The notes under the pieces: generated by a model | What the model was told of the DNA's origin: nothing | Database searches by the model: none | The model's input: the letters and a program-made list of their open reading frames with translations, nothing else | Assembly (NCBI GenBank): GCA_030603395.1 | Contig: JAUVXX010000001.1 | Span: 104,921 to 168,920, forward strand | Reading direction: 5' to 3' | Length of the DNA stretch: 64,000 nucleotides | From: a bacterium | GTDB taxonomy: Bacteria; Patescibacteriota; Minisyncoccia; Minisyncoccales; CG1-02-41-26 | Position numbers and translations under genes: made by a program | In this document: positions 1 through 8,282 of the stretch, one piece after another | How positions within the stretch are numbered: the stretch's first letter is position 1 | Layout: each line of letters opens with the position of its first letter

Positions 1-8
1 CTATTGAG

Positions 9-650
9 ATGAGCGACATTCGGGATGGCATCAGATGTCTTCCGGCCACGGGGATATACGGCAAATACAAAGCTGAAGATTCTAAAGAAATTCCCTGCCC
101 AATGCCAGCTTGGTGGAGAGAAGAGACGTGTACTACTAATGACGATTGTGATGAAGATCGGGTTTGCAGATGGTGGATTTGCCGTAGAAAGTGCGATGCC
201 GATGACGATTGTGACCCAAATTATATCTGCGAGGAGGAAGCTTGTATTCCCCCAAGCGCCTCAAAATATATTGGGGGTAGAGTCTGTTCCGACCTCAAAG
301 TTCCTTTTAACCAATTAAGCGGGGCTTTCGCCTCAGTTATATTTAACCTAAATAAAATCAGAGATATTAAGAGAGATGGTCACCCTGAGGTGGAACCGGT
401 AGAAACCAAAGCTTTCCAGCTTTGGGAAAGAGCCCTTTATGTCCAGGCCTGGGCTATTTTCCTGCGCTATATGACTGATAATTGTCTTTGCGGGAGAAGT
501 TACTGTCGCTTGACCTTTGGTGTGTCCGGTATTTCTTTCCCGGGTTGTTTTGATCCTCTTTTGAACCCTTACTGCTGGCTGGCTTGGTGGCCAGCCAGAA
601 ATTGGCTCCAAGACGAAGCTGATAAATTAGAAAACATAAATAGTGAATAA
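9..650 (+). CDS. Cysteine-rich exported protein (possibly 5'-truncated at window edge)
   Basis: The frame stays open back to nt 3, so the true start may lie upstream of the window. 16 Cys in 213 aa by my count, incl. TNDDCDEDRVCRWWICRRKCDADDDCDPNYIC. Stop lies 2 nt before the next ORF. No family recognised. Confidence 0.5.
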   Translation: MSDIRDGIRCLPATGIYGKYKAEDSKEIPCPMPAWWREETCTTNDDCDEDRVCRWWICRRKCDADDDCDPNYICEEEACIPPSASKYIGGRVCSDLKVPFNQLSGAFASVIFNLNKIRDIKRDGHPEVEPVETKAFQLWERALYVQAWAIFLRYMTDNCLCGRSYCRLTFGVSGISFPGCFDPLLNPYCWLAWWPARNWLQDEADKLENINSE

Positions 651-652
651 AA

Positions 653-1948
653 ATGAAAAAAAATAGCCAAAAATATATCATTGTCTTTCTTATTCTTGCC
701 ATAATTCTTGCTTCTTTCAGCTTTCTCTTCCCCGACAAAAAGAAGGGAGTTTTGGCTCAAGACGAAGAGGTTTTGGTTTGTCGTGAGCCAATTTCCATCG
801 GTTCTTCTTTGGACGCTACTCTAGGGGCTATGGATGTTCTGTTCAAAGAAACCCAGAATATCCACCGAGAAATTTCCGCTCAAGTTAATGCAGCAAATAC
901 CGCCTTGGCTTCCATCGGTAAAGATGCTGTCCGCTGCAGCACTTCAACCAAGGTCTGTAAAGCAATGTGCCCTAATCTTTCGCCTGACATTATGCTTGAA
1001 GCTACCTTCCTCTGGTTTATTACTCTTGCCAGGTGGCAGATTTGTCTTCCTTTCTGCAGCGTTGCTGGATCTTGCTCTGGTAAACCCTGCCCGGCTTTGG
1101 ACAAGCAAATCGGCTTGATTAAAGATTCTCTGGCCAGCACGACCAAAGCAATTCAAAAAATTAATGATGTCTTTACCGGCTCGACAGAACAAATTGAAGA
1201 GGATATAATGAGTGAGAAGGAGAGTGCAAGTTTTAAGCAATGCTTAGAGAATGCCAAGAGCTGGTTGTCAGACGAAGCAATAAAGATAACCAAGGAAGAG
1301 CTTGAAAAATGTATAGAAAACCTTGGGGAAATAACCAAAATTGAATTCGCTCAAAGAAAATTAGAGAGGACCCGAGCCGATTTCCACCGCTGGCGAATGT
1401 CATCCGATGACTGGGGAAAAGTTTACCGGGAAGAGATTATCCCCAGAACCGCCATGAAGTGCCTGGAGGCCTTGGAAGAAAGCTTCTACTGGCCAAAGTG
1501 GTGGACTGATGATTGTGAAGAAAAATGTAAAGATAATCCTTATAAAACCGGCTGCCAGGATTGCCTCTGTAGAGGGTGTGAATCAACCGGTAAAAGTGAC
1601 CCGAAACGTCTCTGCACCGATACTCTCACTACCGACCCTAACCCCGAAAAATGCCAACAATGCCTTGACCAAAGTCTTATCCATCAATATTCCTGGATAA
1701 AAGCAACCGGCTGTAAGTTTTATGGCGCTTGTCGAAGCAAATGCGAAAAAGCTATCTCTGTACAAGAAAAAGGGGAATGTTTAGCCTGTCTCTGCACGGG
1801 GCTTCCCGCAGCTGACGAATGTGTCCAGCAACATGGGGGTGGAGACGCCTGTGATGATGAGTGCGAAAAGGAATGCAAGGTGGTGGCTTGTCAAAAATGG
1901 CTTTGTGGTCGGAGCATGCTCAACTGGACCAGCTGTCTTTCCTATTAA
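653..1948 (+). CDS. Cysteine-rich membrane-anchored/secreted protein
   Basis: N-terminal hydrophobic signal/anchor (IIVFLILAIILASFSFLF). About 33 Cys in 431 aa by my count, densest in the C-terminal 150 aa (CQDCLCRGC, CLACLC, CDDECEKECKVVAC). No family recognised. Confidence 0.6.
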   Translation: MKKNSQKYIIVFLILAIILASFSFLFPDKKKGVLAQDEEVLVCREPISIGSSLDATLGAMDVLFKETQNIHREISAQVNAANTALASIGKDAVRCSTSTKVCKAMCPNLSPDIMLEATFLWFITLARWQICLPFCSVAGSCSGKPCPALDKQIGLIKDSLASTTKAIQKINDVFTGSTEQIEEDIMSEKESASFKQCLENAKSWLSDEAIKITKEELEKCIENLGEITKIEFAQRKLERTRADFHRWRMSSDDWGKVYREEIIPRTAMKCLEALEESFYWPKWWTDDCEEKCKDNPYKTGCQDCLCRGCESTGKSDPKRLCTDTLTTDPNPEKCQQCLDQSLIHQYSWIKATGCKFYGACRSKCEKAISVQEKGECLACLCTGLPAADECVQQHGGGDACDDECEKECKVVACQKWLCGRSMLNWTSCLSY

Positions 1949-1951
1949 AAT

Positions 1952-3382
1952 ATGCTCAAAAAAAACAAGTTCAAAAAAATTGCTGTCTCCCTGGTACTTT
2001 TATTATTTTTGGCATTTATTGGATTCAGTTTTGTTTCGGCTCAATTAACCCCTGAGGTCAAATATCCCAAAATCGGCACCAAGGAAATTACCGAGACCAC
2101 CAGTTTGGGAGATTACATAAGTTATATCTTCAGTTTAGGCATTATTGTCGGAGTCCTAATTGCCATCGGAGTTTTGATTTACGGTGGCTTTTTATTTCTC
2201 AGCTCAACCGGCAAACCCGAACAATTAAAAGAAGCTCAAGATAGGATTTTCGCTGCCTTTTTGGGTCTTATTATTTTGCTTGGCTCTTATTTAATCCTGG
2301 CTACCGTCAATCCTCAATTAACCATCATCAAAACTGAACTTGTCTCTCTTGACAGAGGAGTGGTCTTGACCGACACTATCCCTCCCCCGGATTCTTCCGA
2401 CAACATAAAAATTACAGAAATAAGCGTCCCCGACGTCCAAAAGATATTTGGGGATAAATTTGAACCCCAAAAAATTGAAATCGTTGGAAATTCAAAAGGT
2501 CAGCTAAAAGTGAGGGCCTTTAGGAAACTGAACTATGATGAAACTGGAGATTCTACCGATTGGATAACCGACAAATTAGACGACACCGGCTGGGTCATAA
2601 AGTCTCTCATGGTCAAGGGGATTGGTCCGGGAATTTATCTTCATGGAGACCATAACAAAGAACTCCATTTGGTTGGTAGCCATGGAGATTTTCGCAAAGT
2701 TGACGATTTTAACGATAAAGCGAAGGGAATTGAAATCAAAAATTTAATAGTGGGGAACGAGAAAAAAACTGATTTTGCTGCTATTTTGCACACTGATACT
2801 TATTTCAAGGGCGAACTTAGGATTTTTATAGAAAAAAGAAACGAAGACAGGAGTGGTAAAGTAGAAGGCGATATAGGAAATGTCCCTTGGGATGAAATAG
2901 AAACTTCTGAACAACCCAAAGAAAACCAAGCAATCGCCCCAATAGTTCCCCCCTCTTATGATGGTTATGGAAAAGTTGACGGGGCTTCTTCAGCCCATAT
3001 TTTCCAAATTGGGTCTAAAGAAAACTGCAAAAAGGTTACTCTTTACACTGGGCCGAATTTCTATTCAGCAGCCGGCGCTAGCCCCTGTATAATTGAAGAC
3101 CCGATTTATAAACCAATGGATATCTCTGATGTCTGTGGCGACAAGCTTGGAGGCGGGGCAGATCCCTCAAACGATAAAGTTATGTCAATTGAAATTGACG
3201 GTAAATGTTTAGTGGTGCTTTTCCAGCATGATGACGCGACGGGAAAACAAAGCGAGGTCTTTATCACCAATGACCCTGACCTGACCGACAATCCCATCGG
3301 CCAGTGTAAAGCTAGGGGAGGATGGTTCTGGTGGATAACCGAACCTTGTACTTCAGCCATCGCCGTCTACCCCCTCCCCTAA
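1952..3382 (+). CDS. T4SS-pilin-like (TrbC/VirB2-type) N-terminal domain protein with long C-terminal extension
   Basis: Signal peptide, then a two-helix hairpin (SLGIIVGVLIAIGVLIYGGFLFLSSTGKPEQLKEAQDRIFAAFLGLIILLGSYLIL). This resembles the pilin-like family common in CPR bacteria. About 340 further non-hydrophobic residues with 6 Cys follow. Confidence 0.6.
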   Translation: MLKKNKFKKIAVSLVLLLFLAFIGFSFVSAQLTPEVKYPKIGTKEITETTSLGDYISYIFSLGIIVGVLIAIGVLIYGGFLFLSSTGKPEQLKEAQDRIFAAFLGLIILLGSYLILATVNPQLTIIKTELVSLDRGVVLTDTIPPPDSSDNIKITEISVPDVQKIFGDKFEPQKIEIVGNSKGQLKVRAFRKLNYDETGDSTDWITDKLDDTGWVIKSLMVKGIGPGIYLHGDHNKELHLVGSHGDFRKVDDFNDKAKGIEIKNLIVGNEKKTDFAAILHTDTYFKGELRIFIEKRNEDRSGKVEGDIGNVPWDEIETSEQPKENQAIAPIVPPSYDGYGKVDGASSAHIFQIGSKENCKKVTLYTGPNFYSAAGASPCIIEDPIYKPMDISDVCGDKLGGGADPSNDKVMSIEIDGKCLVVLFQHDDATGKQSEVFITNDPDLTDNPIGQCKARGGWFWWITEPCTSAIAVYPLP

Positions 3383-3432
3383 TTAAAAAAGCGGAGAACA
3401 GTTCTCCACCAGCTTTTACTATTTACTCTTCT

Positions 3433-3900
3433 TTATTTTGGTTTGATGACCACCCTTCTTTCGGGTTCCTCCCCAGTACTTTCGGTTTCAACATCTTCTC
3501 TCTCACTCAAGGTTAAATGGATTATCCTTCTTTCAAAAGGAGACATGGGAGAGAGAACCCTTTCTTCTTTTTGTAAAGCGACCTGGTCAGCCGCACTCTG
3601 AGCCATTTCTTTTAAGTACTCAATTTTCTTTTTCTTGTATTGATTGATATCAAGGTCTACAAAAATTTGCTCCCCCAGTTTTTTTCTGATTATCCTGCCC
3701 AAAATCCTTTGAAGCTCAATTAAGGTTTTGCCTTGCTCCCCGATTAGAATTTGGGGGTCTTCTGTTTTCAAGTCCACCGGCAGACTATTTTCTTCCACCT
3801 GCCCCATTTCAAGCTCAACTTCAAAAGTCATCTTTTCAAAAAACTCCTCAACAATTTTTTTAACTTTTTTTGTTCTTTTATCCATTTTATAATTCCGCAT
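3433..3900 (-). CDS. jag: Jag/KhpB-type RNA-binding protein (KH + R3H)
   Basis: C-terminal R3H-like motif (SPFERRIIHLTLSE). Conserved position directly downstream of yidC. Confidence 0.8.
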   Translation of the reverse strand: MRNYKMDKRTKKVKKIVEEFFEKMTFEVELEMGQVEENSLPVDLKTEDPQILIGEQGKTLIELQRILGRIIRKKLGEQIFVDLDINQYKKKKIEYLKEMAQSAADQVALQKEERVLSPMSPFERRIIHLTLSEREDVETESTGEEPERRVVIKPK

Positions 3901-3948
3901 AAATAATTATTCCATAGGAATTTCAAGGTTCTGCCCGCAGGCAGGTTC

Positions 3949-4689
3949 TTATTTTTGCTGCTCTACTGGATACTCCGTAGAGTCTTTTTTAGTTTTTGCT
4001 CTTACTAAATATTGCTCCCCGATTGAAAACAACGTGCTGACAATCCAATAAAGACCGATTATAGAACCCAATTTCCAAACAATAAAAACCGTAAAAATCG
4101 GGAAAAAATAAAGCATTTGACTTTGCATCATTGAAGAAAATTCTCCTTTTTTTGTTTTTTGTTGGCCCATAGATAATTTTGAATGGAAAAACTGTAAAGC
4201 CCCGGCAACCAAAGCTAACAAAAGATTTGGCTGGGCTAAACTAAGTACCCCAAAAAGAACCGGCGTAATCTCTCCCGGGTTGGGAACAAAACTGTAGAGG
4301 GAAGCAGTTAAAGATTCGGGCCTCAGTCCCTTCAAAAAAACTTGATAAAGGGCGATCAGGATGGGCAATTGCAAGAGAAGAGGTAGACATCCTGAAAATG
4401 GGCTAATCTTCTCTTTCTTATAAAGTTCCATGGTCGTTCGAGCTTGAGCTTGCTTATCATCTTTGTATTTCTTTTGAATCTCTTTGACTTTTGGTTGAAT
4501 GCGAGCCATGGCTTTTTGGGAACGGATGGCATGCAGAGAAGAAGGATGGAGAATCAACTTAATGAGCAAAGTAAAAATAATCACTGCCATGCCAAAATCA
4601 CGGCCTGGCAGATAAGTGTAAATCAAAATTAAACCGTTTAATAAGGGCTGGTATAAGACTATGTTAAAAAAACTTATTATAGCGCCCAT
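3949..4689 (-). CDS. yidC: Membrane protein insertase YidC (short form)
   Basis: Multi-TM protein with PFSGCLPLLLQLPILIALY. Synteny rpmH-rnpA-yidD-yidC-jag. Confidence 0.9.
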   Translation of the reverse strand: MGAIISFFNIVLYQPLLNGLILIYTYLPGRDFGMAVIIFTLLIKLILHPSSLHAIRSQKAMARIQPKVKEIQKKYKDDKQAQARTTMELYKKEKISPFSGCLPLLLQLPILIALYQVFLKGLRPESLTASLYSFVPNPGEITPVLFGVLSLAQPNLLLALVAGALQFFHSKLSMGQQKTKKGEFSSMMQSQMLYFFPIFTVFIVWKLGSIIGLYWIVSTLFSIGEQYLVRAKTKKDSTEYPVEQQK

Positions 4690-4694
4690 AAGAT

Positions 4695-4928
4695 TTAAGG
4701 GATGTCTACTCCTCCTTTGTTAAGAGGATGACATCTTAAGATTCGCCAGCAAGAAAAAACCAGACCTTTCAAAGTTCCGTATTTCTTAAGGGCTCCCTTG
4801 GCATACTCAGAACAGGAGGGATAAAAGCGACAATTTCTCCCCAACAAGGGAGAAATAAAGCCCTGATAAAATTTAATCATTTTCAACAAAAAGTTATTCA
4901 TTTTCTTTAAAAAGTTTTGCTTGGGCAA
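4695..4928 (-). CDS. yidD: Membrane protein insertion efficiency factor YidD
   Basis: [11 protein letters not shown] and HPLNKGGVD motifs. Start codon uncertain; the ORF overlaps the rnpA 3' end. Confidence 0.85.
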   Translation of the reverse strand: MPKQNFLKKMNNFLLKMIKFYQGFISPLLGRNCRFYPSCSEYAKGALKKYGTLKGLVFSCWRILRCHPLNKGGVDIP

Positions 4929-5244
4929 TTAGCTTTTCAACCTCTTTTTTAATCTCTGAAAAACTCTCTTTCTCAATGCCTTTTTTAGTAAAAAAAATCA
5001 AATCATAGCCCGGTTTTATCTTTTTTATATTAGCTCTGGCGGCTTCCCTTAACCTTCTTTTTGTTTTGTTCCTTAGAACCGCCTTCTTGGAAACTTTCCG
5101 CGAAACCACCACGCCAATTCTGATTGTTTTTAAATTATTCTTGACGGTCTTTAAAGTCAAAAAGTTTTTTGCCAGGAGCTTCCCCTTTCTGAGCACCTTT
5201 TCAAAGTCTTTCTTTCTCTTTAATCTATATTCTTTTGGCAACAT
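4894..5244 (-). CDS. rnpA: Ribonuclease P protein component
   Basis: Basic 116-aa protein ([24 protein letters not shown]) immediately downstream of rpmH. Confidence 0.85.
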   Translation of the reverse strand: MLPKEYRLKRKKDFEKVLRKGKLLAKNFLTLKTVKNNLKTIRIGVVVSRKVSKKAVLRNKTKRRLREAARANIKKIKPGYDLIFFTKKGIEKESFSEIKKEVEKLIAQAKLFKENE

Positions 5245-5252
5245 TTGTTTTG

Positions 5253-5387
5253 TTAGACGGTTAATCTTTTTCTTTTTTTTCTCCTTCTTTGGCTGAGAAT
5301 CTTTCTTCCGTCCTTTGTCCTCATCCTTTTCCGAAAACCATGGGAACGTTTTCTTTTTTTTACCTTAGGTTGGTAGGTGATACTCAT
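5253..5387 (-). CDS. rpmH: 50S ribosomal protein L34
   Basis: [45 protein letters not shown] start at the internal ATG at 5387; the ORF track extends to 5450. Confidence 0.9.
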   Translation of the reverse strand: MSITYQPKVKKRKRSHGFRKRMRTKDGRKILSQRRRKKRKRLTV

Positions 5388-5503
5388 ATGCTCAATGATA
5401 ACTTTTATTTTTCTTTTGGTCAACAGGAAGTTCCTGAATACTTTCAACAAATTATCCCCAGGTTTTCAACATGTTTTTGGTTTTTGTTGATTTAATAGGC
5501 AAG

Positions 5504-5532
5504 TTGCAATATACTTGAAATAGAAAGATAAT
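5504..5532 (+). promoter_or_regulatory. Candidate dnaA promoter (TTGCAA-17 nt-GATAAT)
   Basis: TTGCAA 5504-5509 and GATAAT 5527-5532. The -10 box ends only 9 nt before the dnaA ATG, implying a very short leader or none. Confidence 0.3.
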
Positions 5533-5541
5533 TAAAAACAT

Positions 5542-6918
5542 ATGACTAATGATGAATTATGGCAGGCGGTTCTTGCTCAAGTTCAATTTAATGTTTCTCG
5601 AGCTAATTTTGCCACCTGGTTCCGTAACACCGAAATCTTATCTAAGGACAAGGGAGAGGTTTTAATCTCAGTTGAGAATTCTTTTTCTAAAGAATGGTTA
5701 GGTAATAAATATGCCTTGCTTATTTTAAAAATCTTGAGGAGCTTAGACAAGGAGACAAAAGCAATAGAGTTCAAGGTTGCTCCCAAAAAAGCTTCTGGTG
5801 TATCGGCCGTCAAAGAAACCACCAGGGGAGAAGAGGAGAAAGAAAGAGAGGAGGGCCCCCAGCTTCCCTTCCAAGAATTCACTCTTGATATTAAGACCAA
5901 CCTCAACCCCCGTTATACCTTTGATAATTTTGTGGTAGGAGGGTTTAACGAACTGGCTCATGCGGCAGCCCAGGCGGTTTCAGAAAATCCGGGACTTGCT
6001 TACAATCCTTTATTTATTTACGGAGGAGTGGGTCTGGGGAAAACCCATCTCTTACAAGCTACCGGCAATAGAATCATCGAATTATCTCCCAAAAAAAAGA
6101 TAAAATATGCCCCCTCAGAAAGATTCCTTTCCAGTATTGTCGAAGCCATAAGAAACCACAATATTGGAGAGTTAAAAAAGAGCTTCAGAGAGGTTGATAT
6201 TCTTATTATAGATGACATCCAGTTTTTCGCTGGCAAAGAAAAATCTCAGGAAGAGTTCTTCCATATCTTCAATTTCTTGTACCAAGCTCAAAAGCAAATC
6301 ATCCTTTCTTCCGACAGGCCCCCTAAGGCCATTCCCTCTTTGGAGCAACGACTAAGGTCAAGGTTTGAGGGAGGAATGATCGCTGACATAGGTGTCCCGG
6401 ACTTTGAAACCCGCCTGGCTATTTTAAAAGCCAAGTGTGAAGAAAAAAATATTGAATTAGACCCCAAGGTTATGGAGTACATTGTTTCTGCCGTCAAAAA
6501 TAACATCAGGGAAATAGAGGGAGCTCTTAACAGATTGATAGTTTTCCAAAAAATTAATAACAAAGCGCCAAATCCCGAGGTCGCCAAAAAACTTTTGGAA
6601 AGTTTAATTACCGGGCCCAAAAGAATGACCAACTTCAGGAAAATCGTCCAGACGGTCAGTAATCTCTATGATTTGACTGAAAAAGATTTACTCTCCACTG
6701 CTCGACGGAAAGAGATTGTCAAGCCAAGACAAATTGCCATGTACCTCTTGAGAGAGGAGCTAAAGGAATCCTACCCCACCATCGGACGTCGCTTCGGGGG
6801 CAAAGACCACACCACCGTCATCTATGCCTGGGAAAAGATAGCCAGGGAGTTAAAAAGCAACGACAATCTGCTGACTGAGCTGGACCTTATCCGACAACGA
6901 CTTTACAGTGAATTTTAA
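5542..6918 (+). CDS. dnaA: Chromosomal replication initiator DnaA
   Basis: AAA+ Walker A GGVGLGKTHL, Walker B ILIIDDIQF and a C-terminal DNA-binding region (GGKDHTTVIYA). Confidence 0.97.
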   Translation: MTNDELWQAVLAQVQFNVSRANFATWFRNTEILSKDKGEVLISVENSFSKEWLGNKYALLILKILRSLDKETKAIEFKVAPKKASGVSAVKETTRGEEEKEREEGPQLPFQEFTLDIKTNLNPRYTFDNFVVGGFNELAHAAAQAVSENPGLAYNPLFIYGGVGLGKTHLLQATGNRIIELSPKKKIKYAPSERFLSSIVEAIRNHNIGELKKSFREVDILIIDDIQFFAGKEKSQEEFFHIFNFLYQAQKQIILSSDRPPKAIPSLEQRLRSRFEGGMIADIGVPDFETRLAILKAKCEEKNIELDPKVMEYIVSAVKNNIREIEGALNRLIVFQKINNKAPNPEVAKKLLESLITGPKRMTNFRKIVQTVSNLYDLTEKDLLSTARRKEIVKPRQIAMYLLREELKESYPTIGRRFGGKDHTTVIYAWEKIARELKSNDNLLTELDLIRQRLYSEF

Positions 6919-7151
6919 GAGGATAGAAGGTGGACTCAAAGAGCAACAAAGTATGAATAAAAAGAGGACGTAAAACAGAGCTTTTAAAACACCCCAATCT
7001 ATCCCAAACTTAACACCTGTTTTTCAACAATTAATCAAGAGGTGAAAAGAAACAGAAACGCTTCCTGTAAAGACAAAAGAGGGTTTCTCCACTTTTTCCT
7101 TTCTCTAATAATAAAATATAATTTAATATAATATAAAGATAATTAATTACT
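6919..7151. other. Candidate replication origin (dnaA-dnaN intergenic region with AT-rich tract)
   Basis: 233-nt gap. Positions 7106-7151 are almost pure A/T. Only 7/9 DnaA-box-like matches were seen (ttttcaaca 7021-7029, ttctccact 7085-7093). Confidence 0.35.
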
Positions 7152-8282
7152 ATGGAAATAGAACTTTTAACTCAAAATTTAAAAGAAGGAATTAATAACG
7201 TTGAAAGATTAACTAAAAAAAGCCCCACCTTGCAGGTCTTAGACAATGCTTTGCTTGAGGCGGACAAGAATTTTCTCAAGCTGATTTCCACCAACTTGGA
7301 AACAAGTATGATCTGGTGGGTTTTGAGTAAAGTTAATCAAGAAGGAAAGGTTGCGGTACCTGCCACTTTCCTGAATAACCTGATTAACCTCATTAAAGAT
7401 AACAAGATAAAACTAAGAAGTGAGAATAAAAATCTAATTTTAGAAACAGCAAGTCAGACTACTCAAATCCAGGGGATTGACCCCGAGGAATTTCCCATTA
7501 TTCCTCAAATTGAAAAAAAAGACCCTATCGAGATAAAGGGCGAGCAATTAGAGCAAGGACTGAGTCAGGTATTTGAAGTTCCTTCGCCATCTCAGGTGAG
7601 ACCCGAGATATCCGGTATTTATTTCTCCTTTAAAAAAGACAAAATTAAAATTGTCGGGACCGACAGTTTCAGATTGGCAGAGAAAATCATTTCTCTGGAG
7701 AAGAAATTAAAAAAGGAAGGTCAGTTTATTCTTCCCCAGACGTCGGGAAGAGAATTAATCAACATTTTGTCACAAAAACCAGGACCCCTTAAGATTTACT
7801 TTGACTCCACCCAGGTTCTCTTTGAGTGGCCGGGGCAGGAAGTTTCTCATCCTCGCATCAATCTTCTTAGCCGCCTGATTGAGGGAGAGTACCCTAATTA
7901 TCAAGAGATTATCCCCAAGAAATACACAGCCCAGATTGTCCTGAAAAGAGAGGATTTTCTCAACCGAATAAAAGAAGCCGGGCTCTTTAGTGGTAAGATT
8001 TCCGAAGTTAAATTAACCCCCGTCCCTAAGTCCAAGAAAATAAAAATATTTGCCCAAAGCCCCGAGGTGGGGAAAAACGAGGCGTATCTTGCAGCGAAAA
8101 TTGACAGTCAGGGAGAAGTTCCTGAAATTTCCTTCAACTACCGATTTTTGATAGATGGCTTGCAAAATATCAAAAGCTCCGAGGTGATTCTTAAATTGAG
8201 CGATGGAGAAGGTCCCGGTGTTTTAAGACCGGTTGGCGATCTAAGTTATCTTTATATCCTGATGCCCATCAAGGCGTCCTGA
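7152..8282 (+). CDS. dnaN: DNA polymerase III beta sliding clamp
   Basis: 376 aa directly after dnaA, with typical three-domain length. Motifs GTDSFRLAE and LIEGEYPNYQEIIP. Confidence 0.95.
   Translation: MEIELLTQNLKEGINNVERLTKKSPTLQVLDNALLEADKNFLKLISTNLETSMIWWVLSKVNQEGKVAVPATFLNNLINLIKDNKIKLRSENKNLILETASQTTQIQGIDPEEFPIIPQIEKKDPIEIKGEQLEQGLSQVFEVPSPSQVRPEISGIYFSFKKDKIKIVGTDSFRLAEKIISLEKKLKKEGQFILPQTSGRELINILSQKPGPLKIYFDSTQVLFEWPGQEVSHPRINLLSRLIEGEYPNYQEIIPKKYTAQIVLKREDFLNRIKEAGLFSGKISEVKLTPVPKSKKIKIFAQSPEVGKNEAYLAAKIDSQGEVPEISFNYRFLIDGLQNIKSSEVILKLSDGEGPGVLRPVGDLSYLYILMPIKAS

Noticed and set aside
6919-7151. Annotating individual DnaA boxes
   Set aside because: The best matches to TTATCCACA are only 7/9, so they are not distinguishable from chance in AT-rich DNA by eye. 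Only the region-level origin call is retained.
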